Shown here piece by piece: positions 6,648 to 15,120 of a DNA stretch of 17,475 bases. Within the stretch, counting starts at the first letter, position 1, and every line of letters begins with the position of its first letter. The position numbers and the translations under genes are program-made. The stretch lies in NCBI GenBank assembly GCA_021735045.1, contig JAIPHU010000017.1, positions 1 to 17,475 on the forward strand, in the 5' to 3' direction. Below the pieces are notes generated by a model. That model did no database searches and was not told the origin of the DNA. It worked only from the letters and a program-made list of their open reading frames with translations. The stretch comes from Candidatus Omnitrophota bacterium (lineage in GTDB: Bacteria; Omnitrophota; Gorgyraeia; Duberdicusellales; 4484-171).

Positions 6648-7256
6648 TTATAGAGAAACTGAGAAAAACTCTCTTATTCCAGAGATAACTAGATTTGAGC
6701 CAATAGCACCTACAATAAATCCGTTTAAGCGCAAAAACATTCCCATCGTTTTATCAAAAGCAACTCTTAATCTTTCCTTAAAAAAAGTATATTTTAAAAT
6801 TGTAAGTAAAAATACCAGACCAACATGGATGATCATGGTTGTAATGATTATCCCAGAAGCTACAAGCGAATTAAATCGATTTCCAATGATAATGCATAAC
6901 GATATTGTCGCAGCCCCTACCATAAACGGTAAAGCGATCTCTGCTGCAAGGTCATCAAGTGTGCCTTTTAAAGTAAAAAAAGACTTCTTCCCTTGAATAA
7001 TAAAAATTAAAGCATAAGCAATTATAACTACTCCACCAAAAATCTTAAAAGAAGAAAAATCAATAAGTAAAATTTTTTCAAAAATTATCCTTCCAAACAA
7101 AGCAGAAACTAAAAAAAGAATCAAGGAAAGCCCTCCTGCCTTGATTAATACAGTTAAAAAATCTTTGCGGTTAAGATCCTTAGCTATCGGATTTAGATAA
7201 ACAAATAAGGCAAATGGGTTAAGAAGTACTAGAAATGAAATTATAAATTGTAACAT
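6648..7256 (-). CDS. MarC-family (UPF0056) integral membrane protein
   Basis: 202 aa with about 6 TM segments. The N-terminal FLVLLNPFALFVYL motif is typical of the MarC family. SD AAGGAG 6 nt before the ATG. Confidence 0.65.
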   Translation of the reverse strand: MLQFIISFLVLLNPFALFVYLNPIAKDLNRKDFLTVLIKAGGLSLILFLVSALFGRIIFEKILLIDFSSFKIFGGVVIIAYALIFIIQGKKSFFTLKGTLDDLAAEIALPFMVGAATISLCIIIGNRFNSLVASGIIITTMIIHVGLVFLLTILKYTFFKERLRVAFDKTMGMFLRLNGFIVGAIGSNLVISGIREFFSVSL

Positions 7257-7288
7257 TTAATTCTCCTTTTTTCAATTTCCATTATGTC

Positions 7289-7316
7289 TTGACGGTTATT
7301 ATATATGATATAAAAT
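7289..7316 (+). promoter_or_regulatory. Sigma-70-like promoter for the DJ-1 gene
   Basis: TTGACG (7289-7294), a 16-nt spacer and TAAAAT (7311-7316). The predicted leader of about 70 nt contains a 9-bp hairpin, GGGGTTATG...CATAACTCC (7340-7369). Confidence 0.4.
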
Positions 7317-7392
7317 TAAATTCAAATCAAATGAAGCTTGGGGTTATGAAGCAAAACAAACATAACTCCTTAGTCTCATTAAAGGAGGTAAT

Positions 7393-7944
7393 ATGGCCAA
7401 AAAAGCAATTATACTTTTAGCAGAAGGTTTTGAAGAAATTGAAGCAGTAACTTGTGTTGATATCTTAAGACGAGCCGGGATACAAACAACTACCATTGGA
7501 GTAACAAATTTAATTGTAGGCGGCTCTCGAAGATTAGAACTAAAAACAGATATGACAATCAGTGATCTTCCTCTAGATTACGATGCAGTTATTTTACCGG
7601 GGGGGATGCCGGGAGCAGAAAATTTAGCTAAATCAGTTCAAGTAACTACTCTGCTAAAGGAAGCAGACAACCAAGGAAAAATTATTGCCGCAATTTGTGC
7701 AGCACCGGCTGTAGTGTTTAGTCCTTTAGGATTGTTAGATAGCAAAACTGCTACCTGTTATCCAGGCCTGGAAGAAAATTTTTCCGAAACAACTACTCAT
7801 AAAACAGAAAAAGTAGTAACTGATAAAAATCTGATAACCAGCCAAGGTCCAGCAACTGCTTTAGAGTTTGCTTTAAAAATAGTCGAAACCTTAACTAACA
7901 ATGAATTAAGCCAAAAAATAAAAAAGGCAACTTTAGCAGAATAA
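7393..7944 (+). CDS. DJ-1/PfpI (ThiJ/YajL-type) family protein
   Basis: AIILLAEGFEEIE, LPGGMPGAENL and the nucleophile-elbow Cys in IAAICAAPAV. 183 aa. SD AAAGGAGG upstream of the ATG. Confidence 0.85.
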   Translation: MAKKAIILLAEGFEEIEAVTCVDILRRAGIQTTTIGVTNLIVGGSRRLELKTDMTISDLPLDYDAVILPGGMPGAENLAKSVQVTTLLKEADNQGKIIAAICAAPAVVFSPLGLLDSKTATCYPGLEENFSETTTHKTEKVVTDKNLITSQGPATALEFALKIVETLTNNELSQKIKKATLAE

Positions 7945-7970
7945 AAATTAACATTATCTCCGCAGACGTT

Positions 7971-7995
7971 CCTGCCTGTCGGCAGACAGGGCAGG
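7971..7995 (+). terminator. GC-rich hairpin between convergent genes (likely DJ-1 terminator)
   Basis: CCTGCCTGTC (7971-7980) pairs with GACAG-G-GCAGG (7985-7995): 10 bp with one bulged G and loop GGCA. A short T-run (8004-8007) follows 8 nt downstream. The hairpin is strikingly GC-rich for this window. An alternative pairing is CCTGCCTG (7971-7978) with CAGGCAGG (7992-7999). Confidence 0.5.
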
Positions 7996-8040
7996 CAGGC
8001 TACTTTTGCCAGTTTTGGTACACCCTACTAAAATTAAAAA

Positions 8041-8424
8041 CTAAAAATAATCTTGTCTTTCTTTTATGCTCTTTAAAGACTCAATTAATTTACTTGCCTC
8101 TTTTTTAGTAAGTTGATCGAGGTTATCTTTGTGGTAATATTTGCGGATAAAATTAGTTGAGTGGTCTTTGTCCCAACCCAAATTTTGAAAAAGCATCTTA
8201 ATATATATTTTCTGGCGAACCGTTAAGCCGTTTGGCTTTGACTTCCAATGACGGCTTCTGACAAAATAGTTCATTAATCTGCGAAAACCTTGTTGGTCTA
8301 GATCTTTTGCGCTGGTTACTCCAGTTGCCTCTTTTAAAATTTTACGGTACTCAAGATCATCTAAATCAAGTTCCTTTTTAACAATATGAATTAAAGCTAA
8401 CTTTTTTTTGCTGATTTTTGCCAT
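8041..8424 (-). CDS. GemA / Mu gp16-like protein (DUF1018 family)
   Basis: KKLALIHIVKKELDLDDLEYRKILKEATGVTSAKDLDQQGFRRLMNYF matches the DUF1018 N-terminal signature (IHIAKKQLGLDDDTYR..L....G..S.KDL...). A second helical half follows: LTVRQKIYIKMLFQNLGW...LDQLTKKEASKLIESLK. The ATG lies 4 nt after the IMPase stop, with no SD. Confidence 0.6.
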   Translation of the reverse strand: MAKISKKKLALIHIVKKELDLDDLEYRKILKEATGVTSAKDLDQQGFRRLMNYFVRSRHWKSKPNGLTVRQKIYIKMLFQNLGWDKDHSTNFIRKYYHKDNLDQLTKKEASKLIESLKSIKERQDYF

Positions 8425-8428
8425 ATTT

Positions 8429-9211
8429 TTATAAATTACTTATAACATCAATAATTCTTTGGTGGATTTTCCCGTTAGAAGCAACAATGTAGGAACTTTC
8501 TATTTTTACCTCTTGCCCATCTTTTCTAGTGATTTTTCCACCGGCTTCCTCTACCAATAATTTTCCGGCAGCAAAATCCCAGGGGCTTAACTTAAACTCC
8601 CAAAAGCCAGTAGCCCGGCCTGAGGCAATATAACATAAATCTAAGGCAGCTGCACCTAAGCGTCTTATCCCTACAACTCTTTTTTGAAAAAATACCTTTA
8701 TCGCTTCTAAGTTACCAATCATGTCCTTACCTCGGTCATAGTAAAACCCTGTAATCAATAAAGATTTATCAAAACTATCTGCATCAGAAACTTTAATTTT
8801 TTTATTATTCAGATAAGCCCCTTTGCCGCGTTCAGCTAGAAAAAGCTCATCCCGCATCACATCATAAACAACTCCTAAAATAAGTTGATTATCTTTAACT
8901 AAAGCAATCGAGACACAAAACATAGGGATTCCAAAAGAAAAATTATTAGTCCCATCAAGCGGGTCTATAACCCAGCAATAATTAGAATCTGTTTTTTCAT
9001 ACCTTCCTTCTTCAGCCAAAATATTATGTTCAGGAAAATTATTTTTGATCAATTCAACCACTTTTTTTTCAGCTTCAGTATCAGCGATTGTAATTAAATC
9101 AAAAGAAGAACTTTTTTCTTTAGTTTGAGTGTCCCCTTCAAAATATTTTTTATGAATTTCTCCTGCTTGTTTAGCTGCCTTAATTGCGATTTGCTTAAAA
9201 TCTAAACTCAT
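8429..9211 (-). CDS. Inositol monophosphatase family protein (SuhB/ImpA-like)
   Basis: Motifs ILAEEG, WVIDPLDGTNNF and GAAALDLCYIASGR. The track start at 9214 is a TTG. The next codon, an ATG at 9211, sits 5 nt after AAGGAGG and is the more likely start. Confidence 0.85.
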   Translation of the reverse strand: MSLDFKQIAIKAAKQAGEIHKKYFEGDTQTKEKSSSFDLITIADTEAEKKVVELIKNNFPEHNILAEEGRYEKTDSNYCWVIDPLDGTNNFSFGIPMFCVSIALVKDNQLILGVVYDVMRDELFLAERGKGAYLNNKKIKVSDADSFDKSLLITGFYYDRGKDMIGNLEAIKVFFQKRVVGIRRLGAAALDLCYIASGRATGFWEFKLSPWDFAAGKLLVEEAGGKITRKDGQEVKIESSYIVASNGKIHQRIIDVISNL

Positions 9212-9310
9212 CAATACCTCCTTAAAACTTAGATTCAGTTTACCTTAATATCAATAAATTATCAAAGAATTAATTAAAGCTGGAATTCATTTTGATTTAA
9301 GTGATCAGAA

Positions 9311-9338
9311 TAGACTTTTTGCTTTTTTATGTTAATAT
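9311..9338 (+). promoter_or_regulatory. Extended -10 promoter for the 9359 gene
   Basis: TAGACT (9311-9316), a 16-nt spacer and TAATAT (9333-9338), with TGT immediately upstream of the -10. Confidence 0.3.
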
Positions 9339-9358
9339 GTTTTTAAAAGGAGAGTTAA

Positions 9359-10006
9359 ATGATTCAAAAACAAAAAAAGAAAATTATTATTACTTTCATT
9401 GTCCTTATAATTATTAACTTTGCAATTATCTTTGCTAGCATAAAAGACGGCCAAGGAAATAATGATCCAATGTATAGATTTAGAGAAAGACAGGCTGTTA
9501 CCTTTATTTCTGCATTAACTTTAGGTTTAACTAGTTTAACTGCACTGTCTATCTATTTACTAAAGAAAAAAACACAACCGCTTCAAGAAAAAGTTAAATT
9601 CTGGTTGTTTTCAGCAATCGGTTTTTTCTATCTTTGTATTGATGAATATTTTATGGCCCATGAAGGCATCGATGAATGGGTTGGCTCTTGGTTTGGTCAA
9701 AATATTAAAGAAATGAATCTGGACAATCTGGTTATAGCTTCATTTGGAATAATTGCCTTAATGCTTTGTTTATATTTTCGAAAAGTTATATTTAAAAATA
9801 AAATAATGCTCCCCTTTTTTCTTCTCGGCGGTCTCGGTTTAGCCGGAACTATTATTTTTCATAGTTTCGAAAGAATTAATATTTATTACGAGGTAGCAGA
9901 AGAGTCTTTTAAATTGGTGGGAGTTACTTCGTTTTTTTCTGCCTATTTACTTGCTTTTTTAACTTTTAAAAATGAAATATCTATTTCAAAAATAAATCCT
10001 CTGTAA
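9359..10006 (+). CDS. Hypothetical 6-TM membrane protein
   Basis: 215 aa with six hydrophobic segments. SD AAAGGAGAG upstream of the ATG. There is a charged cluster, CIDEYFMAHEGIDEW, after TM3. I did not recognise a family. Confidence 0.6.
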   Translation: MIQKQKKKIIITFIVLIIINFAIIFASIKDGQGNNDPMYRFRERQAVTFISALTLGLTSLTALSIYLLKKKTQPLQEKVKFWLFSAIGFFYLCIDEYFMAHEGIDEWVGSWFGQNIKEMNLDNLVIASFGIIALMLCLYFRKVIFKNKIMLPFFLLGGLGLAGTIIFHSFERINIYYEVAEESFKLVGVTSFFSAYLLAFLTFKNEISISKINPL

Positions 10007-10063
10007 ATGGTTTACTTCTGCTTGTTTTTGATTTTTTCCGCCTTTACAAAAAAAATGGAAGAT

Positions 10064-11917
10064 TTATCTTTTTTTGTCCCGCTTCCGCTCTGATAGTAAT
10101 ATTAGGTCCCGCAGACCTTGCTTGTTGGTAGCTTCCATCCATTGTTTTTCAAACCCTTTAGCCTGAAAAACCTGGGCAATCGCAGCTAATACTCTCAAGT
10201 GAAAACTTCTTTCATCAGCTGTACCAATAATCACAAATATTGTGGTAATATTTCTAAATACTTCAGAAAACTCTACACCTTTGCGGGCCCTAGCTAAAAG
10301 TAGTTGAAATTTTTTCTCCCCCGGAATAACTACATGAGGGACCGCTAAAGATTCATCTAAAACAGTACTACTACTTTCTTCACGCTCTTTTAACATCCTC
10401 GTTAATTCATTCTGATCAACTTTAAGGTGAGGCGCAACTTTTTCTGCTGCAATTTGAAAAAATTGGTCAACTTTTAGATGTTTTTCTAAATCTAAAACAA
10501 ATGCATCTTCTACTAAGCGATCTATTCTATCTAACACAAGCTGATCCCGTTCACGAATAATTTCTTTTAATTCTTGTTCTAGAGAACCAGTCACTAATTT
10601 CTTATCAGTTAAATCTTCAATTATATGCAAAAGAGCAAATTCCTGTTTAGCAAATCTCCTACCATAAAACCAAAAGATTAAAAACCCAACTACAATTAAT
10701 CCTACACTAATTAAATGAACATACCAGCTCATTTTAAACAACAAAAAGCCAAAACCAACTATCCCCGCGATTTGAATCCAAGGGTATAAAGGAGATCTAA
10801 ATTTTGGTCGGTAGTTATGAACTTTACTTTGGCGCAAAATTATCACCGATAAGCTAGACATGATAAAAGTAAGAATCAGTACCGTTGAAGCAGTTTCAAC
10901 TAAAATTTCAAGTGACAAAAGCAGACTAAAAAGGATGGTCAAACCAGTTGTAATGATTGCTACATGTGGAGTGTCAAACTTTGAATTTATATTAGAAAGT
11001 TTCCTTGGTAGCAGTTTATCCCGGCTTAACGCCAAAAGATATCTTGATGCAGACATAATTCCAGCATTAGCAGTAGAGATAAAAGCCAAAATAGCTCCAA
11101 TGCTCATTGCGATAAAGCCAGCTCTGCCAAAAATAACTCTACCACCATCAGAAATTGGAGTCAATGAACCATCCAGTTTTCCTGCCGGTAATATTCCAGT
11201 TGTAACTAAAACCACTGCTGTATAAAAAATTGCAGTAATTACCAGTGACAAAATCATACCTAAAGTAATTGTCCGACCCGGATTGCGAACTTCTTCAGCA
11301 ATTCCTGCTACATGGAGTAATCCTCCATAAGAAATAAAAACAAAACCAGTAGTCGCAAAAACCTTCCCCCAACCATGAGGAATAAAAGGTTTAACCAATT
11401 CAAGTTGAAGATGGCCAAAAGCAGCCACAATATATACAGCCAATAGGCCAAAAATACCTGCAACTAGAAATATTTGAGCCCGGGCTGCTTGATGAATTCC
11501 CGCTAAATTTATAACTACAAAGATAAAACATAAAACAGCCCCAGCTAAAAGTCCATGAATACTTGCAACCAAAGATATAAAAGTTGCCATACCTACAACC
11601 GCAAAGGCACTTTTTAGAGATAATGAAAACCAGCTAAGAATACCAGCTATCGAACCAACCCCCGGACCAAAGCTACGCATAATAAAAAAATAATCACCGC
11701 CTGCCTTTGGCATTGCAGTAGTTAACTCGGCTATGCTTAATACTCCGGTAGCTGCTAATACCCCCGCTAGCAAATATGACCAAACAACTCCCGGCCCAGC
11801 CATAGCGTGAGCCAAACCAGGAATAACAAACAAACCAGAACTAATCATTGCCCCTGATGCTACTGCAAAAACATGGATTAAACCTAGACTTTTAGAAAGA
11901 TTTCCTTTTTTGTTCAT
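10064..11917 (-). CDS. APC-superfamily amino acid/polyamine permease fused to a C-terminal PTS EIIA type-2 (PtsN-like) domain
   Basis: The N-terminal 430 aa or so have about 12 TM segments and MPKAGGDYFFIMRSFG (the APC signature P.aGG.Y). Residues 462-608 or so align by eye to EIIA-2/PtsN: REESSSTVLDESLAVPH versus REKMGSTGIGNGIAIPH, then FVIIGTADERSFHLRVLAAIAQVF versus LLFALLVPADQTKTHLHTLSLVAKRL. Confidence 0.8.
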   Translation of the reverse strand: MNKKGNLSKSLGLIHVFAVASGAMISSGLFVIPGLAHAMAGPGVVWSYLLAGVLAATGVLSIAELTTAMPKAGGDYFFIMRSFGPGVGSIAGILSWFSLSLKSAFAVVGMATFISLVASIHGLLAGAVLCFIFVVINLAGIHQAARAQIFLVAGIFGLLAVYIVAAFGHLQLELVKPFIPHGWGKVFATTGFVFISYGGLLHVAGIAEEVRNPGRTITLGMILSLVITAIFYTAVVLVTTGILPAGKLDGSLTPISDGGRVIFGRAGFIAMSIGAILAFISTANAGIMSASRYLLALSRDKLLPRKLSNINSKFDTPHVAIITTGLTILFSLLLSLEILVETASTVLILTFIMSSLSVIILRQSKVHNYRPKFRSPLYPWIQIAGIVGFGFLLFKMSWYVHLISVGLIVVGFLIFWFYGRRFAKQEFALLHIIEDLTDKKLVTGSLEQELKEIIRERDQLVLDRIDRLVEDAFVLDLEKHLKVDQFFQIAAEKVAPHLKVDQNELTRMLKEREESSSTVLDESLAVPHVVIPGEKKFQLLLARARKGVEFSEVFRNITTIFVIIGTADERSFHLRVLAAIAQVFQAKGFEKQWMEATNKQGLRDLILLSERKRDKKR

Positions 11918-11951
11918 ATCCTCTAATTTTACCTGATTCTGTTATGAAAAG

Positions 11952-13313
11952 CTATTTAATCAGTATATTAATAATAAATATATCGTCTTTTATATTATTT
12001 TTAGTAAACAGATTAAGTTCATTAAGCAGCTGTTGGTTAAATAAATTTGGAGTTAGGTCCTTATTTTTTTCTAGAAAATATTCCAGCCTTTTACTACCAT
12101 AAAGCTGATTCACATCATTTTTTGCCTCAACAACCCCATCAGTAAAAAGAACTATTTGATCACCTGAGTCAAACGACATCTGGTCTTGGTAGATAGTTGT
12201 TTGTTCAGCCGGTAAGCCTAGCCACCCAGTTTGAGAATTAATTCTTTTCAAATCAGCACTGACTCTTTTATAAATATATTGAGGCGGATGCCCGTAGCTA
12301 GAGTAGCTAAAGTGCATATCTTTATAGTTTAACTGGCCGCAAAAAGCACTTAAGTACATATTGGTTTGAGAAAAATCACTTCGGATAAAACTATCAAGCT
12401 CTTTTAAGATTATACCCGGATCTTTACTCTCTTTAGCAAGTCTTTCAAACTCTATATGTAAAGAATTAACTAAAAGTGCAGCTGAGACGCCATGGCCGGT
12501 AACATCACAGATAATAAAGGTAAGCTTATCTTGGCTAGGAAAACTAAACCGTCCGTAGTCACCACCCATATAGTAGGCTGGCAGATAAGTAGCTGCTATT
12601 TGACACCTTTTTGTGTCTATCGAATGAGGGACAAGCCGAGTATGAACTCGTGTTGCTAGCTCAAGTTCATTCTTCATTTGATCATTTTTTTCTTCAACCT
12701 CTTTAAAAAGAACAAAATTTTCAACCTCTCGCCGGTTCTCTCTATTACGAATAATAAAACAAACTATAAAACCTATAGATAAAAGTAAAAATCCATCAAA
12801 ATACCAATAAGTTCTTAACTCTATAGCTTCAGAAAAGTAACTCTTAAGGTAAAAACCCAAATAAGCATAACTAATAAAATGAAAAAATGATAAATAGACT
12901 ATTTCTAGTGAACGCCAAGGAATTATAAAAGAAACTAAAAATAAAACTAAAAGATAAAGTGAAGCTGCTGTATCTACATATTGATAATAGATAATGCTTA
13001 TTGCAGTAACTACCCCTAGTAAAAAAACAATAAAAAAATAAGCAGTTAACTTTGCAATTATTAATTTATTTACTTTCCTGCTAAGATAGATAGTTAAAGC
13101 ACTAACTAAAAGCAGCATAATCCAGACCGATAGTTCAATTAACTGAAATTCTTCGGGAACAACAATAGCACTTATTATGGTTATACAACTATACAAGATA
13201 ATAGTTGATAGGCAAAGTAATTTTAATCTTTTTTTAATTAAAGAAGTTCGCCGGAAGATAAATTCACTTAAATATTTGGCAGGTATCTTTTTTTCTGCAT
13301 TTATCAAGCTCAC
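11952..13313 (-). CDS. Membrane-anchored PP2C-type (SpoIIE/RsbU-family) protein phosphatase
   Basis: The N-terminal 190 aa or so contain 6-7 TM helices. The C-terminal PPM domain has GGDYGRF, ICDVTGHGVSAALL and LFTDGVVEA. The start is a GTG preceded by GAGGTAG. The stop lies 34 nt upstream of the permease ATG. Confidence 0.8.
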   Translation of the reverse strand: MSLINAEKKIPAKYLSEFIFRRTSLIKKRLKLLCLSTIILYSCITIISAIVVPEEFQLIELSVWIMLLLVSALTIYLSRKVNKLIIAKLTAYFFIVFLLGVVTAISIIYYQYVDTAASLYLLVLFLVSFIIPWRSLEIVYLSFFHFISYAYLGFYLKSYFSEAIELRTYWYFDGFLLLSIGFIVCFIIRNRENRREVENFVLFKEVEEKNDQMKNELELATRVHTRLVPHSIDTKRCQIAATYLPAYYMGGDYGRFSFPSQDKLTFIICDVTGHGVSAALLVNSLHIEFERLAKESKDPGIILKELDSFIRSDFSQTNMYLSAFCGQLNYKDMHFSYSSYGHPPQYIYKRVSADLKRINSQTGWLGLPAEQTTIYQDQMSFDSGDQIVLFTDGVVEAKNDVNQLYGSKRLEYFLEKNKDLTPNLFNQQLLNELNLFTKNNIKDDIFIINILIK

Positions 13314-13416
13314 TAAAGACTACCTCAATAAATTGCTAATTTTAATGATTATTTTATTTTTAAACTTTTATCTATTAAACTAAAAAATATTTTATGATTT
13401 ATCTTTTGAAACAAAA

Positions 13417-15009
13417 CTACTTAAACCGTTTCTTTTTACCCTTCCTTTTAGCTCTTTCAACTAGCGGTTTTCTACCTGATTGCAGTTTTTTAAAAGCATC
13501 TAAAATCTTCTCAGCTTCTTTAAAAGAAACTGTTATAAATGAGAACTTATCAAAAACACTGACATCACTTATCTTCTTCTGGTCTATCTTTGAAGCTTTT
13601 CTAATCATATCTACTATCTTAGAGGCAGTCATTTTATCAGCTTTCCCCTTAGCAATAAAAAGGCGGGTGGTTCCTTTTTTATCAACATAAGGTTCTTTGA
13701 TTTTTGAATATTTACTTTTATCTAACTCTTGGCCAGAAGAATATTCAATTAAAGCCGATACTACATCTCTAGGATCATTTTCTTCTAGAAGTTTTTCAGC
13801 AAAAGATCCGTGTTTACCGGTATTTTTACTATTTATTAAATCAATAATACTCTTTTTAATTCTCAACTTTCTTGAGCTGATAACATCTTCAACTCCGGGA
13901 ATCTTCTTTTTTCTTATATCGGTCTTTGTAATTCTTTTAATATAGACTAACTTCCGATATTCATCAGGAGTAACAAATGTAATCGCAGTTCCACTTCTTC
14001 CCGCTCTTCCAGTTCTGCCGATACGATGAACGTAACTGCGTGGATCTTGAGGCAGCGAAAAATTTATAACATGAGTTAAATCGCTTACATCAATCCCCCG
14101 AGCTGCAACATCAGTAGCCACTAAAACATTGATTCGTTTTTGCCTGAATCTATCTAAGATCCTTTCTCTTTGGCTTTGGGATATATCTCCATGGAGAGCA
14201 TCTGAATCATAACCGCGAGCCCCGAGCTTTTTGGCTAATTTATCTACATTAATTTTAGTCCTACAAAAAATCAGTCCGTAAAACTCAGGTTCACTGTCAA
14301 TAATCCTGCATAGAGCTTCAAATTTATTAGAACTATTTACTTCAAAATATATCTGATCGGTTAGCCCTACAGTCAGCTGATCTTGAGAGACTTTAACCAA
14401 CTTATAGTCCTTCATATATTTTCTTGCTAACTTAAGTATAGGATTTGGCATAGTAGCTGAGAATAACAAAACTCGTTTATCTTTGGTAGCATAAGAAAGA
14501 ATCTCTTCTACATCTTCGATAAACCCCATATTAAGCATCTCATCGGCTTCATCTAAGATAAAATAGTTCACCGCAGAAAGGTCTAAAGTCTTTCTTAATA
14601 GGTGGTCTTTTACCCTGCCTGGAGTACCTACTACAATATCTACACCTTTTTTTAACCGCTTCAACTGTAAATTTATAGATTGGCCTCCATAAATTGCGGC
14701 TACCTCTAAAAAATTACTTCCTTTCAAAGAGTTAATTTCTTCAGCAACTTGCACCGCCAGTTCTCTAGTCGGAGTCAAAATTATAGCCTGAGGAACTTTT
14801 ATTTTATTAGTAATTTTTTCAACTAAAGGCAGGCCAAAAGCTGCTGTTTTTCCTGTTCCGGTCTGAGCTTGGCCCACTATATCATAATTACCTTTTAAAA
14901 ATAAGGGAATAATCTCTTCTTGTATTTTTGTCGGCTCTTCAAAACCCTTTTCTTCTAAAGCTGACAACGCATTTCTACTTAAACCTAATTTTTTAAATTT
15001 TTCTAACAT
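13417..15009 (-). CDS. deaD: DEAD-box ATP-dependent RNA helicase with DbpA-type C-terminal RNA-binding domain (DeaD/CshA-like)
   Basis: Q motif GFEEPTKIQ, motif I AQTGTGKT, Ia PTRELA, II DEAD, III SAT and VI HRIGRTGRAG. The C-terminal TTRLFIAKGKADKMTASKIVDMI...FSFITVSFKEAEKIL resembles the DbpA RNA-binding fold, followed by a basic tail. Confidence 0.9.
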   Translation of the reverse strand: MLEKFKKLGLSRNALSALEEKGFEEPTKIQEEIIPLFLKGNYDIVGQAQTGTGKTAAFGLPLVEKITNKIKVPQAIILTPTRELAVQVAEEINSLKGSNFLEVAAIYGGQSINLQLKRLKKGVDIVVGTPGRVKDHLLRKTLDLSAVNYFILDEADEMLNMGFIEDVEEILSYATKDKRVLLFSATMPNPILKLARKYMKDYKLVKVSQDQLTVGLTDQIYFEVNSSNKFEALCRIIDSEPEFYGLIFCRTKINVDKLAKKLGARGYDSDALHGDISQSQRERILDRFRQKRINVLVATDVAARGIDVSDLTHVINFSLPQDPRSYVHRIGRTGRAGRSGTAITFVTPDEYRKLVYIKRITKTDIRKKKIPGVEDVISSRKLRIKKSIIDLINSKNTGKHGSFAEKLLEENDPRDVVSALIEYSSGQELDKSKYSKIKEPYVDKKGTTRLFIAKGKADKMTASKIVDMIRKASKIDQKKISDVSVFDKFSFITVSFKEAEKILDAFKKLQSGRKPLVERAKRKGKKKRFK

Positions 15010-15064
15010 AATTAATAATCCTTATTACTTTTATCTTAACCAATTTCAGCTAAAACTAGTATGC

Positions 15065-15073
15065 ATTATAACA
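15065..15073 (-). promoter_or_regulatory. Extended -10 element (TGTTATAAT) upstream of the helicase gene
   Basis: The minus-sense sequence reads TGT-TATAAT (15073-15065), which would give a leader of about 50 nt. The -35 is weak (CTGCAT at a 17-nt spacing). Confidence 0.35.
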
Positions 15074-15120
15074 GATTATCTATAACAATGCAGAAAAAGG
15101 TTAAATACTTTTTAGTTGTC

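Noticed and set aside
6628-6996. 122-aa plus-strand ORF antisense to the MarC-family gene
   Set aside because: Same reasoning. The minus-strand frame gives a coherent 6-TM MarC-like protein with a good SD.
7331-7435. 34-codon upstream ORF overlapping the DJ-1 start
   Set aside because: No SD precedes its ATG and it is out of frame with DJ-1. The region is better explained as a 5' UTR containing a hairpin.
7945-8424. Prophage remnant or att site (GC-rich hairpin next to the GemA-like gene)
   Set aside because: Only one phage-type gene is present. The GC-rich element occurs once in the window with no second copy. There is no integrase, transposase or terminal repeat. The hairpin is adequately explained as a terminator between convergent genes.
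10007-10063. Possible bidirectional terminator between the 6-TM gene and the APC permease
   Set aside because: Only A8/T7 runs and a 5-bp AAGAT/ATCTT stem with a 2-nt loop can be drawn. It is too weak and AT-only to call.
10860-11225. 121-aa plus-strand ORF antisense to the APC permease
   Set aside because: It lies inside the somewhat GC-richer transporter gene, where reverse frames stay open by chance. There is no SD and no recognisable motif.
13177-13383. 68-aa plus-strand ORF overlapping the phosphatase 5' end
   Set aside because: AT-rich low-complexity product with no SD, and it overlaps a supported gene.
13394-13945. Two plus-strand ORFs (98 and 82 aa) antisense to the helicase C-terminus
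   Set aside because: The helicase frame is unambiguous: it carries the DbpA-like domain and basic tail. The antisense products are Leu/Phe/Ser-rich reverse-frame artefacts.
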